Shown: positions 12,310-25,139 of the stretch, piece by piece
Position numbering within the stretch: the first letter of the stretch is position 1
How the letters are laid out: every line of letters begins with the position of its first letter
Assembly: GCF_006345805.1 (NCBI RefSeq)
Contig: NC_043025.1
Span: forward strand, 15,748,001-15,812,000
Direction: 5' to 3'
Length of the DNA stretch: 64,000 bases
Origin: Octopus sinensis
Taxonomy: Eukaryota
Made by a program: the position numbers and the translations under genes
The notes under the pieces: model-generated
The model's database searches: none
What the model saw: only the letters and a program-made list of their open reading frames with translations
Told to the model about the DNA's origin: nothing

Positions 12310-13526
12310 CTGGCAGTGAACAGTTACAGAAATAAGGGTTTACGGGATTACACGATGACATAAATAAAAATAAAGGGGGACAGAAAGAAACAAAGGATTA
12401 TATACAGACATACATTCTCTTTATAAAAAGGGGGCCATGGGGAAATTGTTGCTATTTTATATTTTTACTTTCGTGCATGCGTATTGTTTGTTTTTGATTT
12501 TGTTAACTATACAGTATAGTAGGGTCAGAATAAGTCCTGGGGTCAAATTGCTCGACTAAAGACGGTGCTCCAGCATGGCTGCAGTCAAATGACTGAATTG
12601 AAATGTATGTAGGCTTCTTTTTGGCAATATGTTAATAAATTTATATAATTTTATATATTTACCAACTCTCTATTCTTCGTCTTTAATCATATATATGTAT
12701 ATATATATATCGCCGTCGCCGCCGTGACCGACCAGGCTATCAGGTGATACTACACATCGCTGGTCACAATGTGCTTTGCATTGTTTTAGCCTTCAAATGA
12801 CGCCACCCCGCTGGCCAGGCGAGCAGGCCAACAGAAGAAAGAGTTAGAGAAAATTGAGGCAAAAGCGTACAGCAGGGATCGCCACCACTCCCTGCCGGAG
12901 CCTCATGGAGCTTTAGGTGTTTTCGCTCAATAAACACTCATAACGCCCGGTCTGGGAATTGAAACCGCGATCCTACGACCGCGAGTCCGCTGCCCTAACC
13001 ACTGGACCATTGCGCTTCCACATATATATCATCATCATCATCATCATCATCATTTAGCGTCCTCTTTCCATGCTAGCATGGGTTGGACGGTTCAACTGGG
13101 GTCTGTTAAGCCAGAAGGCTGCATCAGGCCCAGTCTGATCTGGCAGTGTTTCTACGGCTGGATGCTCTTCCTAACGCCAACCACTCCGCGAGTGTAGTGG
13201 GTGCTTTTTACGTGCCACCCGCACAGGTGCCAGACAGAGCTGGCAAACGGCCACGAACGGATGGTGCTTTTAGGTGCCACCGGCACGGGGGCCAGGCGAG
13301 GCTGGCAACGGACACGATATATATATGGAGATATTTATAACGAATATTCGCCACCCTATAGCTGTATCTTATGAATATGTTCTTAGCATTCTCGAAGATT
13401 CAGCTCAGCATTGTATCTACTGTTGACTGTAAATGCGCCTGCGCATGGTATTTTGAAAAATTATAGCATATAATGATGGGACACGTGTTATCTTGTCTCT
13501 GAATTATAAGTTAGTTGTTGAGGTCA

Positions 13527-13633
13527 GTTACTGATGAGAATTCGCCTGGTGGATAATATGGTCTTGCTAAATTACCTATTAAAGGATGGCAAGCAATATT
13601 ATTTGCGAAAGAAATTCGAAACCATGTTATAAC
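13527..13633 (+). ncRNA. Degenerate type I hammerhead
   Basis: GUUA-CUGAUGA-GAAUU...AAUUC-GAAAC-CAUG-UUA-UAAC; G16.2 changed to U. Confidence 0.5.
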
Positions 13634-13853
13634 CGTTAAATAACAAGGTAAAAGTTTTTATTTTTCATTTACTTCGAAATTTGCAATTAAATTGTGGTTT
13701 TAGCCATGTTGGCTGCTATTTCTAGCATGTAAAAATTACCTGTTAAAGGGTAATTTTCTATTTTAAACTATGAATATGTTGCCTATTGACTATTTATACA
13801 TGCTAGGCCACTGGTGGTGATATTTATAACGAGTATTCGCCACCCTATAGATG

Positions 13854-13900
<47 letters not shown>

Positions 13901-14025
13901 TAGCAAAAATTTAGATTCAAATGAATATGGTGCTTAATTTAGATGCACCAGAATTTTGTATGGTGTTATCCATAAAAATCCGTGGGGTGATTATAATCAA
14001 AATAAGCAACAAGAATGACTCCGGT

Positions 14026-14116
14026 AATTTGGTACGATCGTTTCATACTACATCATTTTATTAAATGTTGTAAGTATTACAACAGATTTAAGATGCTGAG
14101 TACTCATCAGCCAATT
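14026..14116 (-). ncRNA. Type I hammerhead ribozyme, near-canonical (G.U at base of stem II)
   Basis: CUGAUGA 14110-14104; stem II GUACU/AGUAU; GAAAC-GAUC-GUA; stem I UUGG/CCAA. Confidence 0.7.
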
Positions 14117-14461
14117 ATAGGGGTTTTCCATTAATACAAAAATTTTCAAATCAAGTGGCAACATTATAGAGAAGGTAGATATACAGACAAAGATATGGAT
14201 TTCAGTGATGTGTAACAGTATCTGATAGTTTGGTTGGTCATGTGATATATATACTCTTTTACTTGTTTCAGTCATTTGACTGTGGCCATGCTGGAGCACC
14301 GCCTTTAGTCGAGCAACTCGACACCAGGATTATTCTTTGTAAGCCTAGTACTTATTCCATCAGTCTCTTTTGCCGAACTAAGTTATGGGGATGTAAACAC
14401 ACCAGCACTGGTTGTCAAGCGATATTGGGTGACAAACACAGACACACAAACATATATATAT

Positions 14462-14507
<46 letters not shown>

Positions 14508-14866
14508 CATACATATTCTGTTGTGTCTGGGGAGAGTGATCCTCTTTTAGTGCCTTATTAATTTATCACACTCACCGGTTAAGTTTCCACTCATTAACTT
14601 ATTTAGTTTTCCTAAAATTTTCGTTGCTTCTTGCGACCTTTTCAATAGTCTTGACTACTGAGAGAGTCAAGACTATTGAAAAGGTTGCAAGACGCAACGA
14701 AAATTTTAGGAAAATAAAAATAAAGAATAAGTGGAAATTTTACTGGTGAGTGTATTAAATCATAAGGCACTAAAAGAGAATGATTCTCCCCAGACACAAC
14801 AGAAAATGCTTCAACACACTAACTCTATAAAGAATCTTACAAACCAAATCCAAAAACGAAATATAC

Positions 14867-14900
<34 letters not shown>

Positions 14901-15155
14901 GATGGGGCTTCTTTCAGTTTCTGTCTACCAAATCCATTCCCAAAGCTTTGGTCAGCCTGAGGCTATAGTAGAAGACACTTGCCCAAGGTGCCACACAATG
15001 GTACTGAACCTGGAACTGTATAGTTGGTAAACATGCTACTTACCACACAGTCACTCCCGCACCTATATATATATATTCATAAAAAAAACAGCTTTGTACT
15101 CAACACTGCCTTCACATGCCTCTCCCACCACACACCCAAGTTAATCAATACCCAC

Positions 15156-15232
15156 CTGGGGTAGAAACTCCTCCAATGAACTTATGTGGTGAGAAATAAA
15201 CTGCATCTTTATAGACATAGCGCTGATCTGGT
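15156..15232 (-). CDS. PLP enzyme exon 8 (PDQRYVYKDAVYFSPHKFIGGVSTPG), carries the Schiff-base lysine
   Basis: tttcag| and |gtgggt, phases 2/1, SPHK motif; not in ORF track. Confidence 0.92.
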
Positions 15233-16217
15233 CTGAAAGAGATCAAAGACAGAACGACTGAGAAAGACAGGGAAACCAGAGAGAGACGAAGAAGAACGGG
15301 ATCATGGCGATTATCTTTAAAATGCTTAATTAAGCATTTTATAATCTATTCTACATACATATGTGTGTATATATATGTGTGTGTGTGTAAAATGGAAATT
15401 CAATGTGTGTTAATTTATATCTAATATCATCATCATCATTGTTTAACATCTGTTTTCCATGCTGGCATGGGTTGGACGATTTGACTGAGGTCTGGCGAAA
15501 CAGACTCCAATCTGATCTGGCAGAGTTTCTACAGCTGGATGCCCTTCCTAATGCCAACCACTCCGAGAGTGTAGTGGGTGCTTTTATGTGCCACCGGCAC
15601 GAGGGCCAGTTGGGTGGTACTGGCAATGGCCATGCCCAAATAGTGCTTTTTATGTGCCACCTGCACAGGAGTCAGTCCAGCGGAACTGGCGACGACCTCG
15701 CTCGAATGTTTCACGTGCCACCAGCACAAGTGCTAGTAAGGTGATGCAGGTAATGATCACGCTTGAATGGTGTGCTTAACATGCCATCCGCACGAAGGCC
15801 AGCTTGTTGCTCTGGCAACGATCTCACTCGTATGGTACTCTTAGCGCTCCACTAGTAACGGATGCCAGTCACCGAATTTGATTTCGACTTCAATTTTCAC
15901 TTGCTTCAACTGGTCTTCGCAAGCAGAGTTTAGTGTCCAATGAAGAAAGGGCACGCACAAGTGGACTGGTTACACCCCTAATAATAATAATGATAATAAT
16001 AATAATAATCCTTTCTACTATAGGCTCAAGGTCTGAAATTTGGAGGAGGGGGATAATCAATTATATTGATCCCAGTACATGACTGGTATTTAATTTATTG
16101 ACCCTAAAAGGATAAAAGACAAAGTCGACCTCTGAATTTGAACCCAGGATGCAGCAACAAGCGAAATACCGCTAAGCATTTCGTCCAGTGTGCTAACGAT
16201 TCTGCCAGCTCACCACC

Positions 16218-16264
<47 letters not shown>

Positions 16265-16270
16265 AATATA

Positions 16271-16301
<31 letters not shown>

Positions 16302-16370
16302 TAAATAATAATAATAATACTAATAAAAATAATAATAATAATAATAATAAAAATAATAATAATAATAATA

Positions 16371-16639
16371 TGAGAATGATCCCTGGCTTACCATCCCTGC
16401 AAGAAGTGCAAAAGATTGTCTTAACTGGTACATCACACGTATTGAGAAGAGGATTGTCGATGTGAGAACTATTACTACCCATGTATTTTAATTTAACTTT
16501 ATTTCTATCAAAAAAAAAAATGAACGAACTATTGAGTTTGGTTTAATGGCCTACCAATGTATGCTATGAGTTTCTTTGCCCTAGGAGTCGGGAAGACACT
16601 CGGCAAGAAATGGAAGCAAATTTGAAAGAAGAAAAAAAA

Positions 16640-16640
<1 letters not shown>
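16371..16640 (+). mobile_element. R4/Dong-like non-LTR 3' end inserted in (TAA)n
   Basis: C-terminus LQEVQKIVLTGTSHVLRRGLSM* then 3' UTR; (TAA)n on both sides. Confidence 0.6.
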
Positions 16641-16672
<32 letters not shown>

Positions 16673-16863
16673 CCTTTCTACTAAAGGCACAAGGTCAGAA
16701 ATTTTGGGGTAGGGAACTAGTTAATAACATCGACCCTAGTATTTCACTGGTATTAATTTATTGACCCTGAAGAGATGAAAGGCAAAGACGAAATCGGCTG
16801 AATTTGAACTTGGAATGTAGTGTCAGGCACAGCATGCTAACGATTCTGCCAGCTGGCCACCTT

Positions 16864-17156
16864 AATGATGATGATGATGATGGTAATGATGATGATGATG
16901 ATGACGATGATGATGATGATGATGACGATGATGATGATGATGATGATGATGACAATGATGATGATGATGATGATGATAATGATGATGATGATGATGATGA
17001 TAATGATGATGATGATGATGACGATGATGACGATGATGATGATGATGATTACGATGACGATGATGATGATTGATGATGATGATGATGACGATGATGATGA
17101 TGATGATGATGACGATGACGATGATGATGATGATGACGATGATGATGATGATGATA

Positions 17157-17188
<32 letters not shown>

Positions 17189-17438
17189 AATGATGATGGT
17201 GATGATGATGATAATGATGATGGTGATGATGATGACGTTGATGATGATGATGATGACGATGACGATGATGATGATGATGACGATGATGATGATGATGATG
17301 ATGATAATGATGATGATGATAATGATGATGATGATGATAATGATGATGGTGATGATGATGACGATGATGATGATGATATTGATGATGATGATAATGATGA
17401 TGATGATGATGATGGTGATGGTGATGATGATGACGATG

Positions 17439-17470
<32 letters not shown>

Positions 17471-17498
17471 GATGACGATGATGATGATGATGATGATA

Positions 17499-17530
<32 letters not shown>

Positions 17531-17598
17531 AATGATGATGATAATGATGAAGATGATGATGATAATGATGATGATGATGGTGATGGTGATGGTGATGG

Positions 17599-17629
<31 letters not shown>

Positions 17630-17862
17630 GACGATGATGATATTGATGATGATGATGACGATGACGATGATGATGATGATGATGATGATGACGATGATGA
17701 TATTGATGATGATGATGACGATGATGATGATGATGATGATGATGATGACGATGATGATGATGACGACGACGACGATGATGATGATGATGATGAAGATAAT
17801 AATGATGATGATGATGATGATGATGAAGATGATGACAATGATGATAATGATGATGATGATGA
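16864..17862 (+). repeat. Giant interrupted (GAT)n array, about 1 kb
   Basis: Directly visible; source of poly-D/M/H/S/I ORFs. Confidence 0.98.
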
Positions 17863-17886
17863 TGTGTGGCATGGATTATTACATAC

Positions 17887-18068
17887 CCAGGGACAACTGG
17901 ATTCATGTCGATGGTGAGGTAGGGTGCGGCTGTGGCATAATCCCAGAATGCCAAAGCCCCGTGTCTGTGGAGACAGGCAGATACAGCATCGACGTTGGTG
18001 AGGAGACCAGTGATGTTGGAAGCAGCGCTGAAACAGCCAATCATTTGGCAGTTCTTGGTAGAGTATTC
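17887..18068 (-). CDS. PLP enzyme exon 7 (EYSTKNCQMIGCFSAASNITGLLTNVDAVSACLHRHGALAFWDYATAAPYLTIDMNPVVPG)
   Basis: ttccag| and |gtatgt, phases 0/2, SAASNITG and WDYATAAPY motifs. Confidence 0.93.
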
Positions 18069-18899
18069 CTGGAAATGGTAAAGAGAGAGAGAGAGAGGGT
18101 ATTATTGAAGGAGAGAGGGAGGAGAATATTGATGGAGTCATCATCGTTTAGCGTCTGCTTTCCATGCTGGCATGGGTTGGACGGTTCGACCGGGGTCTGA
18201 GAAGCCAGAAGGCTGCACCAGGCTCCAGTCTGATCTGGCAGTGTTTCTACAGCTGGATGCCCTTCCTAACGCCAACCACTCCGTGAGTGTAGTGGGTGCT
18301 TTTTATGTGCCACCGGCACGGAGGCCAGGTGAGGCTGGCAAATGGCCACAATCGGATGGTGCTTCTTACGTGCCACTGGCACAGGTGCCAGGGGAGGCTG
18401 GCAAACGGCCACGATCGGTTGGTGCTTTTTACGTGCCACCGGCACGGAAGCCAGTCGGGGCGGCGCTGGCAACAGCCACGTGAGAAAGAGAAAGTGTGTA
18501 TTGTAGAGAGAGGGGGGAGTGTATTGTAAGGAGGTAGAGAGAGAGGAAGTATTCATAGAGGGGGAGAGAGTGTGAATATTGTTGGAGGAAGAGAGAGATA
18601 GTGTGAGTGTGTATTGATGTGGAGAGAGGGGGGGGGGAGATTGAGAGAGAGAGAGAGTGACTATGTGTGTGAGAATGTATTGTTGAGAGGGAGAGAAAGT
18701 GAGAGTGGGAGTATCAGTCGAGAGAGAGAGAGAGAGGAAAGAGAGAAAGAATGGGAAGGATTGGAGAGAGATAGAGAGGAGCATTAGTGGAGAGTGAGAG
18801 AGACTGACAGAAACAGAGGGAGTAGGAATATTGGTTGAGAGAGAGAGAGAGAGAGAGACAAAGGGAGAGAAAATATCAAAGGGAAAGTGAGTCAAGAGA

Positions 18900-19800
18900 G
18901 AAAGAATTGGTCAAGATCTGCAGAATGGCCAAAATTTCGAACAGAAGTCTGTGGGACAGAATGAACCAAACTGCCTGATGGGCCATGACTGCTGAGGACA
19001 TGCGTTGGCTTGAAAGAAACGAAGCTAGTCTGCTCCACTGGATGTATAATGTCAGTGTGCATACAATAGAGAGTGTGAGCACCCTGAGAGAAAAGTTGGA
19101 TATAAGAAGCATTAGATGTGGTGTGCAAGAGAGACAACTGCGCTGGTATGGTCATGTACTATGGATGGATGAGGACAGCTATGTGAGGTAGTACGACACC
19201 CTAACTGTGGATGGAACCTGTGGAAGAGGTAGACCCAGGAAGACATGGGATGAGATGGTGAAGCATGACCTTCGCACATTGGGCCTCACAGAGGCAATGA
19301 CAGGAGACCAGGATCTTTGGAGATATGCTGTGATTGAGAAGACCCGGCTACTAAAATGAGATTACAGCCATGGCCAATGCTAGTGTTGCATGTCCAGCCC
19401 ATTCAAAAGTACCCTTGATGTGTTAGGTGTTACAATATGCTGTTGAGTCAAGTAAAACCAAATTTGTAGCTGTGGCCAGTGCCCCCGACTGACTCCCATG
19501 CTGGTGGCATGTAAAAAGCACCATCCAAATGTGGTCAATGCCAGTACCCCATGATAAGCGTCAAATGTGGTGTGCAAGAGAGACGACTGTGCTGGTATGG
19601 TCATGTGTTATGTATGGATGATGACAGCTGTGTGAAGAAGTGTCACACCCTAACAGTGGAGGGAACCTGTGGAAGAGATGGTGAAGCACAACCTTTGAAC
19701 ATTGAGCCTCACAGAGGCAATGACTAGTGACCGATACCTTTGGAGATATGGGGTGTTAGAGAAGACCCAGCAAGCCAAGTGAGATCATGGTCATGGCCAA
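18900..19800 (+). mobile_element. Two RTE-clade C-terminal fragments
   Basis: QERQLRWYGHVLWMDEDSYV...GRGRPRKTW at about 18900-19370, repeated at about 19555-19800. Confidence 0.8.
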
Positions 19801-20654
19801 TGCCAGTGTTGCATAACTGGCTCATTTAAAAGTATGCTGTTGGACAATATGCCGTGCTTGTGAAAACCGGTTGAATTGAGTGAAATTGTAGTCGTGGCTG
19901 ATGCCAGTGCCGCCTGACTGGCTCATTTAAAAGTACCATTGATGTATCGGGTAATATGATATATTTAAGAAGTCCTGTTGAGTCAAGAAAAACCAAAATC
20001 GTAGCTGTGACCAGTGCCCCCTAACTTGCTCCCATACTGGTGGCACGTAAAATGCACCGTCCAAACATGGTCGATGCCAGTGCCCCCTGACTGGCTCCTG
20101 TGCCAGTGGCACGTAAAAAGCACCCACTACACTCTAAGAGTGGTTGGTGTTAGGAAGGGCACACAGCTGTAGAAACTTTGCCAGATCAGACTGGCTTGGT
20201 GCAGCCTCCTGCCTTGCCAGACCTCAGTCAGACCGTCCAACCCATGCCAGCATGGAAAACGGATGTTAAACAATAATGAAGATGATGAAATGGGGCTGGA
20301 TTGGTCACATTCTCAGGAGGTTTCCGAGAAAGCATTGCAAGAAAGGTGTTCAACTGAGAACCAGGAAAGGGGGAAGTCACATGACCTGAGAAGATTTGGA
20401 AAGGATGAGCGAGGGACGGAGCAGAAGCAGTTGGTGTCTCTTGGTCTGAATTTAAGGAAGTGGCCCAAGATTGCCTCCACTGGCATCAAATAGGTGTAGT
20501 CCTTATATTCTTCATGGAGTAAAGTGAACGAAATAAAACCAATCACAAAGAGAAAGAGATGGAGTGAGGCCCTGTAGAAGGGAGAATAAAAAAAAGGGGT
20601 GGTATCGGTGATGGTGGTGGTGGTAAGGATGGAAATTCCAAGACGATTGCTTAC

Positions 20655-20720
20655 CTGAAGGTTCCTCTCCAAATCCCCAACATCAACAGAGCCCTGACTG
20701 TTTGTCTTGATTTGTATCAC
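20655..20720 (-). CDS. PLP enzyme exon 6 (VIQIKTNSQGSVDVGDLERNLQ)
   Basis: tgttag| and |gtaagc, phases 0/0, G-x-V-D-xx-L pattern expected here. Confidence 0.85.
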
Positions 20721-21404
20721 CTAACAACAGAAGATGATGAAGATTTCACACACACATACCAGAGAACTCCATAAATACATAAATATACAAATATATATAT
20801 ATGCATATATATATACAGGAGCGGCTGTGTGGTAAGTAGCTTGTTTACCAACCACATGGTTCCGGGTTCAGTCCCACTGCGTGGCACCTTGGGCAAGTGT
20901 CTTCTACTATAGCCTTGGGCCGATCAAAGCCTTGTGAGTGGATTTGGTAGATGGAAACTGAAAGAAGCCCGTCGGATATATGTATATATATATATATATG
21001 TGTGTGTGTGTATGTTTGTGTGTCTGTGTTTGTCCCCCCACTATCACTTGACAACCTATGCTGGTGTGTTTATGTCCCCGTCACTTAGCGGTTCGGCAAG
21101 AGAGAACCGATGGAATAAGTACTAGGCTTAAAAAAGAATAAGTCCTGGGGTCGATTTGCTCGACTAAAGGTGGTGCTCCAGCATGGCCACCGTCAAATGA
21201 CTGAAACAAGTAAAAGAGTATATCATGGCCTCTGCCCTTCCCTTGGATAACATCAGTGGCGTGGAGAGGAGAGGCTGGTATGCATGGGCATCTGCTGGTC
21301 TTCCATAAACAACCTTGCCTGGACTTGTGCCTGGGAGGGTAACTTTCTAGGTGCAATCCCACGGTCAGTCATGACCAAAGGGGGTCTCTGCATATATATA
21401 TATA

Positions 21405-22885
21405 TAAATTAGAAAAAAATCACCTTTTATCAATTCAAAATGGACAATTAAATTACGCCATCTAGAAAATTACATATAATAAAAATATTAAAATTAAATA
21501 ATAGTTATCGCCATACTAATAATAATATACCGATGATTAAGTAAATTGCAAAATAATAAATAAAACGTATAAATTTGTATATATGGATTTGTAGTGGACT
21601 GTCGGTTGTGGTTGAATGTCTTCATAGTGTATTCTTCATTTGTTCTGATATTTTTCGTACCTTTCTTTAATTTATGGGGCTTAGATGTTTTTCGTATTTT
21701 TCATTAGTAAATAATTTTTGCGATTTTCATTGATAATTTATTCTGTTTACACTAAGACTTCACACGTTTAATTTTTATAAACACTAAGACCTTTATATTT
21801 TTCTACGTTTAAAATTCAGTTATATTATTTTCCTTCGACAAGCTAAGTAACGGTTTTTGCTTATAAATATTATTTGGCTTTTGAATTATATTGGGTTTGA
21901 TTATTATTGTTATTATTATTGTTGTTGTTGAAATATTATTATTTTTATATATATTGATAGATATAAGTTATGATGGTTATTAATTATATCTATTTATTTA
22001 GAATACTTTATTATTTTTATAAAGGGACTTAACATATTACATATAATTTAATTTGAGAATTAGTTTTGTTAGACAATATATTATTTAATAATTAGGTAGT
22101 ATATTTATTAAGTAGTATTACATTTAAGTAAATTAGTTTTTATATTAATTGATATTTGGTCAACTATATTATTGAGTGATATATTAAATCTATAGATATA
22201 CATATATATTAATTATATAGTTAGTTTATATAATGGGTGTGTGTATATTTGAACCATTTCTTATTTTTGATTCCGGTATTTATGGCTTGTACTAGCATTG
22301 TGTATATTAATTAATTTTAAGGATTTTACTATTAATTGCTTAATGGATGTTAGACTGTATTTGGATGTTTATTAAATAAATATATTAATTAATAATTTGA
22401 TTTAATGTATATAGTTTAAAGTGTTGTATTTAGTTTTCACTTAATGTATATTTTTTATCATATATATATATTTTAAAAGATTATTTACATATATTTATTA
22501 ATTAATCATTTTATTATTGTAGTTATTTTTAACCTGATGAGTGGCTATATTTATATTGAAGTGATTTTACTACTACTACTATTATTTTTACTATTATCAT
22601 TTCTTAAATATAGCCACGAAACATGTGTCGTTATTATACCAAATATATACATTTTATTTATTATTTTGCACATTACTTAATCATCGGTATATTTTTATCC
22701 TATATTTAATATTTCTATAATATGTAATTTTCTAGATGGTGTAACTTAATCGTTCATTCTGAATTGATAAAAGGTGTTTTTTTCTAATTTATATATATAC
22801 ACATTTTGTGAAATTTGATTTAGTATTTCTAAATTGAATTTTTCCCTGTAAGTTTGGAATAATATTCCCTCAAATTATTATTATA
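21405..22885. mobile_element. Penelope-like fold-back element containing the 22.5-kb hammerhead
   Basis: IR arms about 21405-21570 and 22660-22798, (TA)n flanks, terminal tttccctgtaagtttgga; same arm at about 3890-4030. Confidence 0.6.
22530..22633 (+). ncRNA. Type I hammerhead ribozyme, canonical core, short stem I
   Basis: CUGAUGA 22534-22540; perfect 13-bp stem II GTGGCTATATTTA/TAAATATAGCCAC; GAAAC-AUGU-GUC; stem I UAAC/GUUA. Confidence 0.78.
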
Positions 22886-23148
22886 TATATACATACATGT
22901 TGCTGAAAAGAGCTGAGTACGGAAATGGGCAAAAAGAGAAATGACCAATGGACCTAGTTATGGATTCCATTAGTTATTTACATTTTTATGCAGTGTTTTG
23001 GTTTTACAATCTCAATACTGTTGTGGTGGTCAGGTCTTTTCAGGGACATGTGTAACTAAAGAATTTCTACTCCCAAATTTAAAACCATTTTAAAGGGTAT
23101 TTTTCTTTTCTTTCTTCTTCTTCTCATCCTCACACTGTCCTCACTTAC

Positions 23149-23214
23149 CTCTGATCCAATTTCTCTCCACGGTAAAAGATTTGAGTGATGCTCGAATGGT
23201 CCCGCAAAGATAAC
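23149..23214 (-). CDS. PLP enzyme exon 5 (VIFAGPFEHHSNLLPWREIGSE)
   Basis: ttgaag| and |gtaagt, phases 0/0, EHHSN motif. Confidence 0.93.
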
Positions 23215-24623
23215 CTTCAAGGAAAAAACAAGAATCAATAAATTAAAGCATAAATATACAAAACTGTAAATATAGGCACACGAATGGCTGTGTGGTAAGT
23301 ACCAACTACACAGTGCCGGGTTCAATCCCACTGCATGGTACCTTGGACAAGTGTCTTCTAATACAGCCTTGGGCTGACCAAAGCTTTGTGAGGTATTTGG
23401 TAAAAGGAAACTGAAAGAAGCCCCGGTGTGTGTATATATATATATATATATACACACACATTGGGCTTCTTTCAGTTTCCACCTATCAAATCCACTCACA
23501 GGGCTTTGGTCAGTCCAAGGCTATGGTAGAGGGCACTTGCCCAAGGAGCCATGCAGTGGGACTGAACCCAGAACCATGTGGTTGGAAAGCAAGCTTCTTA
23601 CCACACAGCCACACCTCATGTTTCAGTCATTGGACTGTGGCCATGCTGGGGCACTGCCTTGAAGAAATTTTAGTCGAATGAATTGACCCCAGTGCTTTCT
23701 TTTTTAGCCTGGTACTTATTCTATCAGTCACTTTTGCCAAACTGCTAAGTTACAGGGACATAAATACACCAACACCGGTTGTCAAGCAGCAGTAAGGGAC
23801 AAACATTGACACAAGGACACACAGACATACATCATAACTTAGCAGTTCAGCAAAAAGAGACCTGCAGAATAAGTATCAGGCTTAAATAAAGAAGTATTGG
23901 CGTCGATTCATTCGGCTAAAATTTCTTCAAGTCAGTGCCCCAGCATGGCCACAGTCTAATGACTGAAACAAAAGATAAAAGATAAGACAAAAGATTGGCT
24001 TTCACACAATTTCTGTCTACCAATTCCACTCACAAGACTACAGAGAGACTTGCCCAAGGTGCCATGCAGTGGTCAGGAAGTTGCTTGTTCCTTCCCGAGC
24101 CATGCCTGGAGCTTAGGTGTTTCGCTCATAAACACACACATCGCCCGGTCTGAGATTCAAACCGGCGATCCCTTGATCACATGTCCGCTGTTGTTTGTTT
24201 GTTCCTTCTCGAGCCATGCCTGGCTCATAAGGGCCGGTTTCCTGGTTTCCTTGGCGCATAGGTTCCCCACCTGGATGGGACGCCTGTCCGTCGCAGGTGA
24301 GCTGCAAGGTGCTGGGGGAAAGAGTGAGAGAAAGTTGTGGCAAAAGAGTCAGCAGAAGTTCACCATAACCTTCTGCCGGAGCCGCATGGAGCTTAGGTGT
24401 TTCGCTCATAAACACACACACATCGCCCGGTCTGAGATTCGAACCCGCGATCTCTCAACCGCGAGTCCGCTGCTCTAACCACTAGGCCATGTGCCTCCAC
24501 ATACAAGACTATAGTAGGAGATATTGCCCAAGGTGCCATGCAGCGGTTGGGAAGTAAGTATCTTAACAAAATAAAATATAGAAAATACCAATAAAATTTT
24601 CTAAAAAAATTATAAGGACTTAC

Positions 24624-24741
24624 AGGGGGTTCCTTAAGGTCCAGTGAGAAAATGAGTTTGTGAACGGCAGCGGTGGTACCACTACCCACGAATATGACAG
24701 CATCATGTTCGCTGGCGTTAGCAGCATTTCGTATGATATCT
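24624..24741 (-). CDS. PLP enzyme exon 4 (DIIRNAANASEHDAVIFVGSGTTAAVHKLIFSLDLKEPP)
   Basis: ttctag| and |gtaagt, phases 2/0, IFxGSGTT motif. Confidence 0.92.
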
Positions 24742-24828
24742 CTAGAATAAGAAATACAAACAGTATATTAATAATATAGGTTTGTGATTTTGCTTTATGT
24801 CTATTTTTCAATGCCTGCATGGGTTTGA

Positions 24829-25139
24829 TCAGAGGTTCTCAAACTTTTGGGGCAACAACCCCACCCTTATGGCCACATAATACCCTCAGTGCCCCCACCC
24901 CTATTTTTATGTATAAATAAAATTTTACATTTTACCAATTTATATATACTATGAATAATTTAATATTTAATGTAATATTATATAATTTGTATACAATACT
25001 ATAATAATATTATAAATTCATAAGCGTCCCCCAATGCCTCTTTTTTCTCTACCACCCCCCCTTAGACACCAGTACTCACCTAGACCCTCTCAATACCCAC
25101 CGGGAGGAGGGGGCAGTAATGCCCACTTTGAAAACCTAT
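24829..25139. mobile_element. hAT-type MITE
   Basis: CAGAGGTTCTCAAAC...CTTTGAAAACCTATG imperfect TIRs. Confidence 0.55.

Noticed and set aside
16837-18200. Poly-S/I/D/M/H ORFs
   Set aside because: Products of the (GAT)n array; only 17887-18068 is coding
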